64,000 nt of DNA, taken from Candidatus Bathyarchaeota archaeon. Lineage in GTDB: Archaea; Thermoproteota; CALKCG01; B24; DRYS01. The notes beneath the pieces were generated by a model. It saw nothing but the letters and a program-made list of their open reading frames with translations, made no database searches and was not told the origin of the DNA. Of this stretch, positions 1-9,634 are shown one piece after another (within the stretch, counting starts at the first letter, position 1; every line of letters starts with the position of its first letter). Location: assembly GCA_018396535.1 (NCBI GenBank), contig JAGTQC010000006.1:29047-93046 (forward strand), given 5' to 3'. The position numbers and the translations under genes were made by a program.

Positions 1-855
1 CGGTCTAGGAGCTATGAGTCCTGCTACCTCATACATTTCTCCAAGCCTTAGTATCCCTGGGATATAGTTGCAATCGCAATGCTTTATCCTACCTATACTA
101 TCTACGAAAGTGCAGAAGTAGCAGCTTGGGACTGCTATAGATATACGTTCATCACATGCAGCTGAGAATAGCGATATAGTTCCACCTCCAGAATTACCTG
201 TTATAGCTATAAGCCTAGAATCTATGTAATCCTGTGTCTGAGCCCAATCTATTATACGCGATATATCCCATACGCGTTCGCCTATAGGTGTACGACCGAG
301 TAGTAGACAGTGTTTAAGCTGAGATCTACATGAGCTTACAGCTCCCTCCTCATATTCAACCCTATCCATAGTCTCACCGAAACCTCTAGCTGTAGGTGCT
401 ATAGCGATATACCCCTCCATAACCGCTTGTACAGCTATATCCCTCTCCCCCTCTACGATAGCCCTCCTCTCCTCCTCGCTACGAGCTATCCCTACATATA
501 TATCTGGATGATTATGACCGTGAGGTGTCAGAACTAGGGGTAGCGGTCTATCTATCCTCTTAGGTTTTAGAAGCCAGAATGGTAGCGGTACGGTTGGCTC
601 AACCCATATATACCATTTCTCACGGATATAGCTATCAAGCTCTGTAGAATCAACCCTCACAGCCCTAGATATGTATCCTCCATAATCCTCCTCCATACTA
701 TTCAACCCTAGAGTATTCTTCAAAGCATATCTAAATTCTTCCCTCCACTTCTCAAACTCCTCCTTTGATCTTGCATGAAACTCGAATCTACGATGGATGG
801 ATCTATATAGCTCATCCAGATGCTTCCTATAATCGAATACGGGCTGCTCGATCAA
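1..855 (-). CDS. Alpha/beta hydrolase (Abhydrolase_7/dienelactone hydrolase-like esterase); 3' end runs off the window
   Basis: Not in the ORF track. Manual translation from TTG at 855: MIEQPVFDY...LVLTPHGH...ARGFGET...IAITGNSGGG...AGLIAPRP, with a GxSxG nucleophile motif. Frame is consistent down to position 1. Confidence 0.8.
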   Translation of the reverse strand, partial: MIEQPVFDYRKHLDELYRSIHRRFEFHARSKEEFEKWREEFRYALKNTLGLNSMEEDYGGYISRAVRVDSTELDSYIREKWYIWVEPTVPLPFWLLKPKRIDRPLPLVLTPHGHNHPDIYVGIARSEEERRAIVEGERDIAVQAVMEGYIAIAPTARGFGETMDRVEYEEGAVSSCRSQLKHCLLLGRTPIGERVWDISRIIDWAQTQDYIDSRLIAITGNSGGGTISLFSAACDERISIAVPSCYFCTFVDSIGRIKHCDCNYIPGILRLGEMYEVAGLIAPRP

Positions 856-984
856 ACCCCGGTAGGAATCTGTAGATAGGTTTAAGCCTATAAGGATTCT
901 AGATGTAATCGTCGTTGTATGGGTATACTAGCAGATAGGTATATATAGCTATCCCATCTATCCTAGCCATTGGGGGGTTAATAT

Positions 985-1836
985 TTGAAGATAGGTTTTC
1001 TAGCTAGTGGTCAGCTTGGTGGGCTTGAGGAAACTCTTAGATGGGCTAGTAGCAATAGCTTCGAAGCAGTCGAGGTTTTAGCCGGTCCTGGAAGCATACT
1101 ATTAGATCCTGCTAGAATTCTATCTGAAGGTGCTACCAACGTGAAGAGGATAGTAGAGGATTCGGGTGTTATAATATCTTCTCTCGGATGGTATGTGAAC
1201 CATATAGATCTAGATGTGGAGAAGCGTAGGAGGAATAACGAGCATCTTATGAGAATGATAGAGGTTGCAAACCTACTAGATATACCTGTAGTATCCACCT
1301 GGGTTGGACGTATACCAGGCTCTATAGAGGATAATGTTAGAGCTTTCTCAGAAGTTTTCTCTAAGCTTGTAGATTATGCTGAGAAGCATGATGTGAAGAT
1401 AGCTATAGAGAACTGTATGGCGAATATAGCTTATAGACCGGATGTATGGGAGGCTATGTTCGAAGCGGTAGATTCCAAGTATATAGGTTTAGAGTATGAT
1501 CCATCGCATCTAGTATTCCAGTTCATAGACTATATAGATGCTATCAGAAGCTTTGGTTCAAAAATATACCATACCCATTGTAAGGATACAGAGATACTGT
1601 GGGATAGATTATCCTATGTAGGATATACGGGGGATAGATGGTGGAGGTTTAGGATACCAGGTCTAGGTGATATAGATTGGAAGAGTCTGATAACAGCTCT
1701 TATGGAGGTAGGCTACGACTACGTATTATGCATAGAGCATGAGGATCCATTCTATAGGTATGAGCCTGGTAGGAGGGAGGGGTTTGAGAAAGGCTTAAAG
1801 ATAGCTTGGAAGAATCTCTCGATATACCTACCATAA
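985..1836 (+). CDS. Sugar phosphate isomerase/epimerase (xylose isomerase-like TIM barrel, IolE/AP2Ec family)
   Basis: IAIEN, YDPSH, HxKD, GxGDIDW and IEHED metal-ligand motifs. Confidence 0.85.
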   Translation: MKIGFLASGQLGGLEETLRWASSNSFEAVEVLAGPGSILLDPARILSEGATNVKRIVEDSGVIISSLGWYVNHIDLDVEKRRRNNEHLMRMIEVANLLDIPVVSTWVGRIPGSIEDNVRAFSEVFSKLVDYAEKHDVKIAIENCMANIAYRPDVWEAMFEAVDSKYIGLEYDPSHLVFQFIDYIDAIRSFGSKIYHTHCKDTEILWDRLSYVGYTGDRWWRFRIPGLGDIDWKSLITALMEVGYDYVLCIEHEDPFYRYEPGRREGFEKGLKIAWKNLSIYLP

Positions 1837-1837
1837 T

Positions 1838-2869
1838 CTATTCAAGCTTCAACCTACTAGGTATGGGAATCCCTACATCTGCGTAAGCCATATCCTCAAA
1901 CTTTGTAGCCCATACGCCATACTTAGCCGGTACTAGGCACTCCTCCTTACCGAGTATAGCTCTAACGAAATTTATATCTGGGTTCGAAGCTATCCTAGGA
2001 AGCCTACCCCTATCGATTATAGTAGTATCTCCACTCCTATCCTGTACATAGACTCTACCACCTAATACGAATATAGCTCCCTTAGAGCACCACAGCCTAA
2101 ACTCCTCATCTACGGAAGCAGTCATACCGGGGGCGGCTCCAGATATAGCTATAGATGCTAATACACCTCCAGATAGCTCTGCAGCTATCGCTATGTATAG
2201 ATCGACATCGGTACCACACCTATCCATTAAGGCTTTAACCCTTACAGGCTCCCTCTCGGTTATCCATAGGATTAGATCTACGAGATGTGTTCCAGAAGCT
2301 TTAAGCTGTCCTCCACCTGATAGTTTAGGATCTAGATACCATCTACCAGCTGCTATAAGATTCTGGTATAGCGTAGCTACTATGAAATGTGGATTGCCAA
2401 ACTTCCCACTTAGAACGGTATTCCTTACATAGGTATACACTGGATCGAAATGTCTCTGATAACCTATAGCGAGTATAAGCCCCCTCCTGGAAGCTTCAGA
2501 AGCCATCTCCTCCGCTTCCCTAAGCGATACAGCCATAGGCTTCTCAACGAGTACATGAAGACCTCTTTTCAAAGACTCCATAACATGCTCGTAATGTAGG
2601 GTATGCGGTGTACAGACTATGACAGCATCTAATTCTATAGAATCGAGCATCTCACGATAATCCGTGAATATATTCTCCTTAGGTATCGGATCTAGCGTTA
2701 TATTACGAAATCTATTCGCGTAAATCCTAAGCTTCTCAGCATTCTCCAACTTCACATCGCATAGAGCTCTTATACAAGCCTCCCCCTCATCTAGTATACT
2801 AAGCCTCCTAATATGCTCGTAGCTTATAGAACCGCATCCGATTAAGCCTAATCTAAGCATGAGTAGCAC
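1838..2869 (-). CDS. Gfo/Idh/MocA family oxidoreductase
   Basis: GxGxI Rossmann start, TPHTLH, VLVEKP, GGG...GTH.VD. Confidence 0.9.
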   Translation of the reverse strand: MLLMLRLGLIGCGSISYEHIRRLSILDEGEACIRALCDVKLENAEKLRIYANRFRNITLDPIPKENIFTDYREMLDSIELDAVIVCTPHTLHYEHVMESLKRGLHVLVEKPMAVSLREAEEMASEASRRGLILAIGYQRHFDPVYTYVRNTVLSGKFGNPHFIVATLYQNLIAAGRWYLDPKLSGGGQLKASGTHLVDLILWITEREPVRVKALMDRCGTDVDLYIAIAAELSGGVLASIAISGAAPGMTASVDEEFRLWCSKGAIFVLGGRVYVQDRSGDTTIIDRGRLPRIASNPDINFVRAILGKEECLVPAKYGVWATKFEDMAYADVGIPIPSRLKLE

Positions 2870-2968
2870 CTACCACATAGATCTTGAAGGATGTAATTAA
2901 AGTCTCTTTTAGATTTTTGAAATTAAGGTTTATCTATAGGTTTATGCAAGATTGAATGAAGATTCGCT

Positions 2969-3268
2969 ATGAGTGAAGATAGAGAGTGGCTAATAGGCTT
3001 AACGCTTACATGTATAGGCGTATTCCTTCTACTATTCGTATTTTATCTAGGATATGGAGAATTCGTTAAATACTCATCTACACCTACACAGCCTATCGAT
3101 TTCACGAATATAATATCCAGATTGTTCCATGTATCGATAGAGATTATGCTACTCGCGGTTATGTGCTGGGTAGCATCCATATTATTGGCTAGAGGCTTAG
3201 ATTTCGTTAGGATAGGTAGATCTGCTAGGAGGGAGATTAGAGAAGGTGAATCCACTCAGACTAGCTGA
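2969..3268 (+). CDS. Hypothetical 2-TM membrane protein
   Basis: Two hydrophobic segments; first of three overlapping ORFs. Confidence 0.6.
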   Translation: MSEDREWLIGLTLTCIGVFLLLFVFYLGYGEFVKYSSTPTQPIDFTNIISRLFHVSIEIMLLAVMCWVASILLARGLDFVRIGRSARREIREGESTQTS

Positions 3269-3698
3269 GCTAGCTTTAATCATAGCGATCTCCGCTCTTA
3301 TCCTAAGTCTCGCCTACTCGTCATATATTCTCGTAAACTCGTTAGCCAGTATAGAATCGGTTAAACCTAGTATACGTAACGATTACTACATAGTGTTAGA
3401 AGGTTTCAAACTTAGAAACGATGGGCTATATAGCGCTTCCATAACTATATCCATAGATATAATACAGGATCGTGTAATATTAGCTAGGTATACAGGAAGT
3501 GTTAGATTAAAGCCGGGTGAAGAAATAGGGAACTTAACTCTAAGATTGGAGGATAGTACTCCTATACACCCCTATCTCATCGATGGATACGCACAGCTTA
3601 GGAAGGCTATGATTAAAACTATATTCAAGATAGTATTAGAACCCTTAATATCTATCAAACTAGAGATAAACGAAACTTTAGGGAGGCTTACCCCATGA
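3246..3698 (+). CDS. Hypothetical membrane-anchored protein
   Basis: N-terminal TM followed by beta-rich domain; coupled to neighbours. Confidence 0.55.
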   Translation: MNPLRLAELALIIAISALILSLAYSSYILVNSLASIESVKPSIRNDYYIVLEGFKLRNDGLYSASITISIDIIQDRVILARYTGSVRLKPGEEIGNLTLRLEDSTPIHPYLIDGYAQLRKAMIKTIFKIVLEPLISIKLEINETLGRLTP

Positions 3699-4117
3699 AC
3701 ATGAAGCTTCTATCTAGAGCGATTAAAGCATCATTCTACTCGATCATATTCATCATACTAGCTATGCTACCGAATATAGTATTGAATAGACTTATCCCTA
3801 GAGAATTATATAGATTAATCCTAGATCATATTGAATACGAGAGTTTTCTAGCACCGATAATCGTTATAGCAGTACTTATATGGTTTAGTATAATGCTAGA
3901 AGATCATATACTAGGAGTAATCCCACTTATACTATCCTACGCAGTATTCACGTATCTAATACTATCAGCTACACATTATGGATTACATATTATATATTAT
4001 GAAAATCTATCGATAGAAATAGATTTCAAACTTATTCTCTCAGTGATAATCGCATCTATGATGCTCACCTTATCTATCAAGATATTGAATAGGCTATCTA
4101 AGTTTAAAAATGAATAA
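3695..4117 (+). CDS. Hypothetical multi-TM membrane protein
   Basis: About 4 hydrophobic segments; ATGA overlap with previous ORF. Confidence 0.6.
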   Translation: MNMKLLSRAIKASFYSIIFIILAMLPNIVLNRLIPRELYRLILDHIEYESFLAPIIVIAVLIWFSIMLEDHILGVIPLILSYAVFTYLILSATHYGLHIIYYENLSIEIDFKLILSVIIASMMLTLSIKILNRLSKFKNE

Positions 4118-4264
4118 AAGCAGTCTTCCACCATAAGATGTAGCTTTTTGAATAATCCATCATCTTAGACTACTATAGCATCCATGTTTAGATAACTCGA
4201 CTTAATACTCTCCGTTCTTCAACCTATGTATCGGGTATGTTGCCATAGTGGTTCAACCAGTTTG

Positions 4265-4320
4265 TATAGGTGTAAGTGGACTTACGACTGTAGAAGGTAT
4301 AAACTATACTTACAACTGTT
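4265..4320. promoter_or_regulatory. Putative res-type site: two adjacent 28-bp resolvase-binding subsites
   Basis: TATAGGTGTAAGT-GG-ACTTACGACTGTA (10/13 inverted match around a 2-bp core). Half-site repeated as ACTTACAACTGT at 4308-4319. Lies just upstream of the resolvase TATA box. Confidence 0.5.
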
Positions 4321-4327
4321 AATTGCA

Positions 4328-4335
4328 TTTATAAG
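4328..4335 (+). promoter_or_regulatory. TATA box of the resolvase gene
   Basis: TTTATAAG ending 26 nt upstream of ATG 4362 (leaderless-type spacing). Confidence 0.5.
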
Positions 4336-4361
4336 TCTTAGATTATTTCGTCTGCAGATCG

Positions 4362-4970
4362 ATGAAAGCTATAGGCTATGTAAGAGTATCTACACGTGAA
4401 CAGGATGAAGAGGTGCAGCTTAAAGCTATAAAGGAATTTCTGGAAACTAAGGGGTTTGAACTCGTGAAAATCTACGTGGATAAAGGGGAACCCGGAGCTA
4501 AACCATTCATAGATAGGCCTTCAGCTTCACAGCTCGTAAAGGAGATAGATATACTAAAGCCTGATTTTGTAGTTGCATGGAGCCTTGATAGACTTGGTAG
4601 AACAATGCTAGATACAATGAATACTGTTCTAATGTTAGAAGAAAGAAATGTTAAAGTTTTGACTATCAAAGAGGAATTTTTACAAACTCTTGATCCAAAT
4701 ATAAGGAAGCTTATACTATCCATACTAGCATGGGTAGCTGAGTATGAACGTAGACGTATTAGAGAGAGACAGGAAGAGGCATGGAAGCAGGGAAAGATTA
4801 AAGGTAGACCTAAAAAGATTAACGATGAGATTATACTTCAATATTATCAAAAATACAGAAGATATGGTAATAAGAAGTATATATGGTTAAGATTATGTGA
4901 AGATTATAAACAATCTGTTATAAGCTATGATAGATTTCTAAAAAGACTTAAACAACTCCTAAGAAATTAG
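4362..4970 (+). CDS. Serine recombinase, resolvase/invertase family
   Basis: YVRVST..Q catalytic Ser motif, LDRLGR, AEYER..I.ER, GRP followed by a C-terminal DNA-binding domain. Confidence 0.92.
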   Translation: MKAIGYVRVSTREQDEEVQLKAIKEFLETKGFELVKIYVDKGEPGAKPFIDRPSASQLVKEIDILKPDFVVAWSLDRLGRTMLDTMNTVLMLEERNVKVLTIKEEFLQTLDPNIRKLILSILAWVAEYERRRIRERQEEAWKQGKIKGRPKKINDEIILQYYQKYRRYGNKKYIWLRLCEDYKQSVISYDRFLKRLKQLLRN

Positions 4971-5188
4971 TAAATGGTGAGAACGTATCGTTACATTATG
5001 TATATTTCTCTAAATTTTCATAATATTAAGCTATCTATATTAGCTGATTTAATACGAATTAAAATTTCAAATTTAATAAACTGTAATTAATCGTACCGAT
5101 GTTAAATACAGTAAATAGTATTAAGTTATTTAATAAGCACATAATCAGCTGAATAACAAACACTGGAATAAAAGAAGACTCGAAGTGA

Positions 5189-5263
5189 CGGGCCTGCCGG
5201 GATTTGAACCCGGGATCTCCGGCTCCGGAGGCCGGTGCTCTATCCATGCTGAGCTACAGGCCC
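5189..5263 (-). tRNA. tRNA-Arg(CCG), intronless, CCA not encoded (followed by TCA)
   Basis: GGGCCTG/CAGGCCC acceptor stem, TAGCTCAG D-arm, CCGGC-CTCCGGA-GCCGG anticodon arm, GGTTCAAATCC T-loop. Confidence 0.96.
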
Positions 5264-5552
5264 TATAAATAAAGTATTATAGGATTTCAACTACTTATAT
5301 CTTCTAATCGATACCTATTTCTCATATCTATGAGGTTCAGGGGTTGGTTGGATATTTATGTACTGGTTTATTCCATTATTCGATAGTAGGTTACCGTTTT
5401 TCATGCATTGCATGGAATAAGGTTTATTTAACCCCCCCGAACTTTTGTAATAGAGTGGAGGCTGATAAATCCAAAGATGTTTAGGCTTCCAATTGATAGC
5501 TACTCGCCAACTGTATGTAGCATCCATACCCTACCCCTAGGGGGTATTAGCT

Positions 5553-6089
5553 ATGAGGAGGTTAGCGTTCATGGTTACATTGAATACTCTGTGCTCCCTA
5601 GGGGTGGGTCTAATCGGGCCGATCTACCCTATCTTCATTCTTAATCGTTTTTCAGCTTCTATAATAGATGTGGGTCTACTTCTAACGATCTTCGGTTTTG
5701 TTTCAGCTTTATTTAAAGCTCCGGCTGGTAAGATGATAGATGTTTATGGTAGAGAGAAGGTCTTCTTCACCGGAGCTATACTTGGATCGTTATGTTCTGT
5801 AGCATATATATTCACTTCAGATATACTACACTTATATATACTAGAATTTCTTTCAGGTATTTCTTATGCTCTTCAGAATCCTGCACGTTTAACTTTAATC
5901 GTAGAATTAACTAGTAAGGAGGATAAGGGTCTTCTCATAGGTATATCGGAATCTATATATGATATAGCTGGCTCTATAGCTACATTGATCGCAGTAGCTA
6001 TGGTTAGTAATCTAGGATTTGAATCTATATTCTTCGTATGCTCTGGATGCCAGATTATTACTGGTCTACTTGTAATAAGGTATGGTTAA
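5553..6089 (+). CDS. Half-size (about 6 TM) MFS transporter domain
   Basis: Motif A-like GKMIDVYGRE; only 178 aa. Confidence 0.7.
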   Translation: MRRLAFMVTLNTLCSLGVGLIGPIYPIFILNRFSASIIDVGLLLTIFGFVSALFKAPAGKMIDVYGREKVFFTGAILGSLCSVAYIFTSDILHLYILEFLSGISYALQNPARLTLIVELTSKEDKGLLIGISESIYDIAGSIATLIAVAMVSNLGFESIFFVCSGCQIITGLLVIRYG

Positions 6090-6129
6090 AGTATGTGGGG
6101 GTGTAGCTCTAACTTAATGCTTCTACGAA

Positions 6130-6975
6130 TTAAGAAACTCCTTTAAGAAATCTTTCCAGATTTCTCTTCATGATCTTCTCTATAGAATCTTCTGTAAGAC
6201 CTAGCTCTTCTTTAAGTATAGCTAGATCGGATAGTATGACTTTCTTAAATCTCTCTGGATCCTCTGGATTCCCGTTATCTGATCCAAATATTAGTAGATC
6301 CGAGCCGAGATATACTATAGCTTTACGTAAAGCTTCGCTGCGCCATAATCTAGGTGTACCTGGGGTTATATCTATGAACATCTGGGTTTTATCGATGTTA
6401 TCCCATCCTACGGCTGCTAGAAATCTACCAGCGGTAGCTAGGCACTCATCAACCCACGGCCATCCTATGTGAGCTAGAGCAAATCTTATCTTAGGGTAGA
6501 ACATGAGGAACTCGTAGTATACTGGTCTACAAAATCTAGATGAATCTGGAAACCCCCATGATATACCGCTATGGAATATTATAGGGGCACGGAGGGATTC
6601 TATCTTCTCGAATAGAAGTCTGAATCGCTCTTCATATGGGTACCAGCCTGCAGGTATCATTTTAAATCCTTTCAATTCTAGATCGCATACGACTCTTTCA
6701 GCTTCGTAGACAGCCCCCTCCATCCTAGGATCTATAAACGCGAAGCATATAATCCTATCAGGATCATAGCGTTGTATATCGGAAGCAAATTTAACGCATT
6801 CCCTAAACTTCTCTCTAGAAATTATACTTGTATCCATGGTCATGAGTCCTGGATGTGGTGAGAATAATACTATCTTCTCTACGTTAGCAGCATCCATAGC
6901 CTTGACTATTCTTTCAGCTTTCTCGACTCCCTTAGAGTGTACATGGCAATCTGAAACCGAGTATACCAGGTACAT
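6130..6975 (-). CDS. Amidohydrolase family 2 metal-dependent hydrolase
   Basis: DCHVH, GFK, FHSG, LAHIGWP, FGSD. Confidence 0.88.
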   Translation of the reverse strand: MYLVYSVSDCHVHSKGVEKAERIVKAMDAANVEKIVLFSPHPGLMTMDTSIISREKFRECVKFASDIQRYDPDRIICFAFIDPRMEGAVYEAERVVCDLELKGFKMIPAGWYPYEERFRLLFEKIESLRAPIIFHSGISWGFPDSSRFCRPVYYEFLMFYPKIRFALAHIGWPWVDECLATAGRFLAAVGWDNIDKTQMFIDITPGTPRLWRSEALRKAIVYLGSDLLIFGSDNGNPEDPERFKKVILSDLAILKEELGLTEDSIEKIMKRNLERFLKGVS

Positions 6976-7145
6976 AATATATCAGAAGATAGTCAGCGAA
7001 TGTTAGATTTAAACATCACAATCATATTGTTATGATACTAAGTTATAGTATGATTGGAGTATGGTAGATACCCTATCTTGTAGATTGATGGTTATGTCTG
7101 GATAAATACTTTTATCTCGAGAAGATCTATGTTTCAATAGATAGT

Positions 7146-7568
7146 TTGCCACGATCCTATACATGGCTTATGAAGGTATTGGAGGATGAGGAACTAGAAT
7201 TAGTTATAGCTAAGGATAATAATATAATCTACCGTGGTAGAGGTGAAGGTATAAGGCCTTTGATAGATGCTATAGATACAATCGGGTTAAACGATCTGAG
7301 AGGAGCAATCTTAGCTGATAGGGTTGTAGGATTAGCTGCAAGTTATCTAGTTACCTATGCAGGATTTTCAGAAGTCCATGGCTTAATCGTTAGTAGATCC
7401 GCTGCCAGCTTCCTCGAATCTAGGGGGATAACTCTGTATTGGATGGAGATGGTTGATGCTATACTCGATCGTAGTAGATCATCTCTATGTCCGTTCGAAA
7501 AACTTGCTTTAAAAGCTAGGAGTCCTAGAGAATTCTATCTTACTTTGAGAAAACAGAGTATACGGTAG
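7146..7568 (+). CDS. DUF1893 (TM1506-like) protein
   Basis: GIRPL, ADRVVG.AA, S..A, CPFE motifs. Confidence 0.8.
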   Translation: MPRSYTWLMKVLEDEELELVIAKDNNIIYRGRGEGIRPLIDAIDTIGLNDLRGAILADRVVGLAASYLVTYAGFSEVHGLIVSRSAASFLESRGITLYWMEMVDAILDRSRSSLCPFEKLALKARSPREFYLTLRKQSIR

Positions 7569-7846
7569 TCATGCTAGGTAGGTTTGTATTATCAGAAGTA
7601 GTATTGCTAAAGACTAATATAAGCTGAGGAAGCGGTATTATAGAATGATGTTTAATCCTCCCTATTCTTACTACGATTAGTATATGCTACTCTATCTATT
7701 AATACAGCTAGCAGAGCTGAAGCTAATATTAATCCTACAATTATCTTATCAGTATCGGCTCTACATATTATCCATATGCTCTTATCTATCTATCGATAAT
7801 TCATCTTTGAAATATAGATTTAGCAAAGAGGTGACGATAATATATT

Positions 7847-9634
7847 TTATGTATTAGTTAAATTTAGCTTTCTAAGATTCTCTACAAGTATATCTTCGTT
7901 ATTGTATGCTTTTATGAATGATGGTACATTCCTCTGCTTCGTAGCTTTAAAGGATACGAATAGCCATTCCCCAGTATCCAGTTCTGTAACTTTATCTAGG
8001 AGTTCGTAGCTGAGTGAGAATGCATCTGCTACAACCATACGATCGTAATACCTTGGTAGAGTGCTTACGAAGTAGCTGTGTAGTTGTTGCAACGCGTTTA
8101 CATTCATATGAGCTAGCCTCTGGGATGCTATCCAACCGTAGACTCTATATTTTCGACCCTGCCTAAGTAGGGCTTCTACACTTCTATTAGAATCCATTGT
8201 TCCATCTTCTTTACTAGCTCTATCAGGTATATATTCTTGAGCTTCATCTAATACTACCAACACCTTACGCTTAACACCTACGGTTTTCTTAATCGTTAAT
8301 AGGTGATCGAGAAATGATGTTACAGTACGCCTAGCTGATAGGGGATCTGGTATATAAACTACGGATATTTTGAAATTAGGCTTCAAAGCTTCTTCTACTA
8401 GGATTTGAGGTGTGAGTACCTCATACTCTTCTTCTTTAGGACTTCTAAGTTCTCCTAATATGAATTCGACCATGGTCCTTACACCTGATTTTTCATGTAC
8501 ACTACGCGCGAGTTCTATAAGCGTATGCTCTACAAAGGCTTTAACTTCGGGATCTAGATCCGTTATCCTATACTCCTTTAGATCTGCTTCTGTAAACTTC
8601 TTAATTTTAAGCAGGAAATCGCTAAGCTTTTTTAAAGCATACCTTACTTGTAGGCTACTAGTCTCTGTCTTAGATGCTCTCTCTTCTAGATACTCGAATA
8701 GATCGTGTAGAGTTACACCCTTATACTCCATATAACTTGAAGTTTGTATATGTAGGATTCTACCAGATTCTATCATCAATCTTAAGCCATTCTCTAAAGG
8801 CTTATAGCCTATCCTCTCTTCTAGAGATTCTGGTATAGCTTGGGAATCTAGTATGGATTGGTAAGATTCATAGCGTTCGCTAGACACTATATACCCTCTA
8901 GAGGTTATCAGAGTATCGAGTAGATGTATAGCATATTCTCCAGCTATATCGAATACTACTACAGATAGATCTGGTATATACTCTATAGCCTTACGTATTA
9001 TCAGCGATGTAAGATTAGATTTGCCGCATCCTGTGAAGCCGAATACTCCTGTATGATACTTTATCAGCGATTCTATATTTATGGTTAATGGTATATCGAA
9101 ACCTATAAGCCTACCTATATCAGCTCCACCCTCCACGCATAATAGGTATCTTAGAGCATAGGCTGAGAGAAGTTTAGCTTCAAACCCTGGTAGAGGTGTT
9201 AGATTGGAGCGTCGGAATACAGGTATACCATCATGTATATCCATACGGTAGCCTGTGAATACTGCTTCTACATCTATCCATGTTTCATCACTACCCCACC
9301 CCTCCTTTACACGATCTAGGAACTCCTGTCTTACAAGTATTGGTAGAGATACCTCCATACCGAGCATCTGGTAATGCTCTGCCTTCAACGCTGTAGCTTC
9401 GTATATAAGATAGGTTTTACCATCAGATACAGGTCTCTCGATAGCTAGGAAGCATGGTTCATGTAGCTTATCCAACACAAGCTGGTTGAACTTTACGTCG
9501 AGCCTTACTAGATGGCTTTTAATCGATACCTCAGATCCACCTATCCTAGATGTCCTTGTAACTAGACGGTATTCTCTGAGTCTAGCTTGAAAGAATCCTC
9601 CTACATCATCGAATACCCTAATCTGCTCTCCCAC
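7847..9634 (-). CDS. herA: HerA-type ATPase/DNA translocase
   Basis: H.GVFG.TGCGKSN Walker A, VLDEAQ Walker B, RQGRK, ASQR. Likely GTG start at 9634 (track start 9667). Coupled to nurA. Confidence 0.85.
   Translation of the reverse strand: MGEQIRVFDDVGGFFQARLREYRLVTRTSRIGGSEVSIKSHLVRLDVKFNQLVLDKLHEPCFLAIERPVSDGKTYLIYEATALKAEHYQMLGMEVSLPILVRQEFLDRVKEGWGSDETWIDVEAVFTGYRMDIHDGIPVFRRSNLTPLPGFEAKLLSAYALRYLLCVEGGADIGRLIGFDIPLTINIESLIKYHTGVFGFTGCGKSNLTSLIIRKAIEYIPDLSVVVFDIAGEYAIHLLDTLITSRGYIVSSERYESYQSILDSQAIPESLEERIGYKPLENGLRLMIESGRILHIQTSSYMEYKGVTLHDLFEYLEERASKTETSSLQVRYALKKLSDFLLKIKKFTEADLKEYRITDLDPEVKAFVEHTLIELARSVHEKSGVRTMVEFILGELRSPKEEEYEVLTPQILVEEALKPNFKISVVYIPDPLSARRTVTSFLDHLLTIKKTVGVKRKVLVVLDEAQEYIPDRASKEDGTMDSNRSVEALLRQGRKYRVYGWIASQRLAHMNVNALQQLHSYFVSTLPRYYDRMVVADAFSLSYELLDKVTELDTGEWLFVSFKATKQRNVPSFIKAYNNEDILVENLRKLNLTNT

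Noticed and set aside
4362-4970. IS607 TnpA
   Set aside because: The catalytic domain is N-terminal with no N-terminal MerR-type HTH, and there is no adjacent tnpB.
5059-5247. 62-aa ORF on the minus strand
   Set aside because: Overlaps the tRNA-Arg gene; spurious.
5315-5527. 70-aa minus-strand ORF
   Set aside because: No recognisable motif and atypical composition; cannot be supported.
7570-7810. Short hydrophobic minus-strand reading fragments
   Set aside because: Interrupted by stops, no usable start and no recognisable family.
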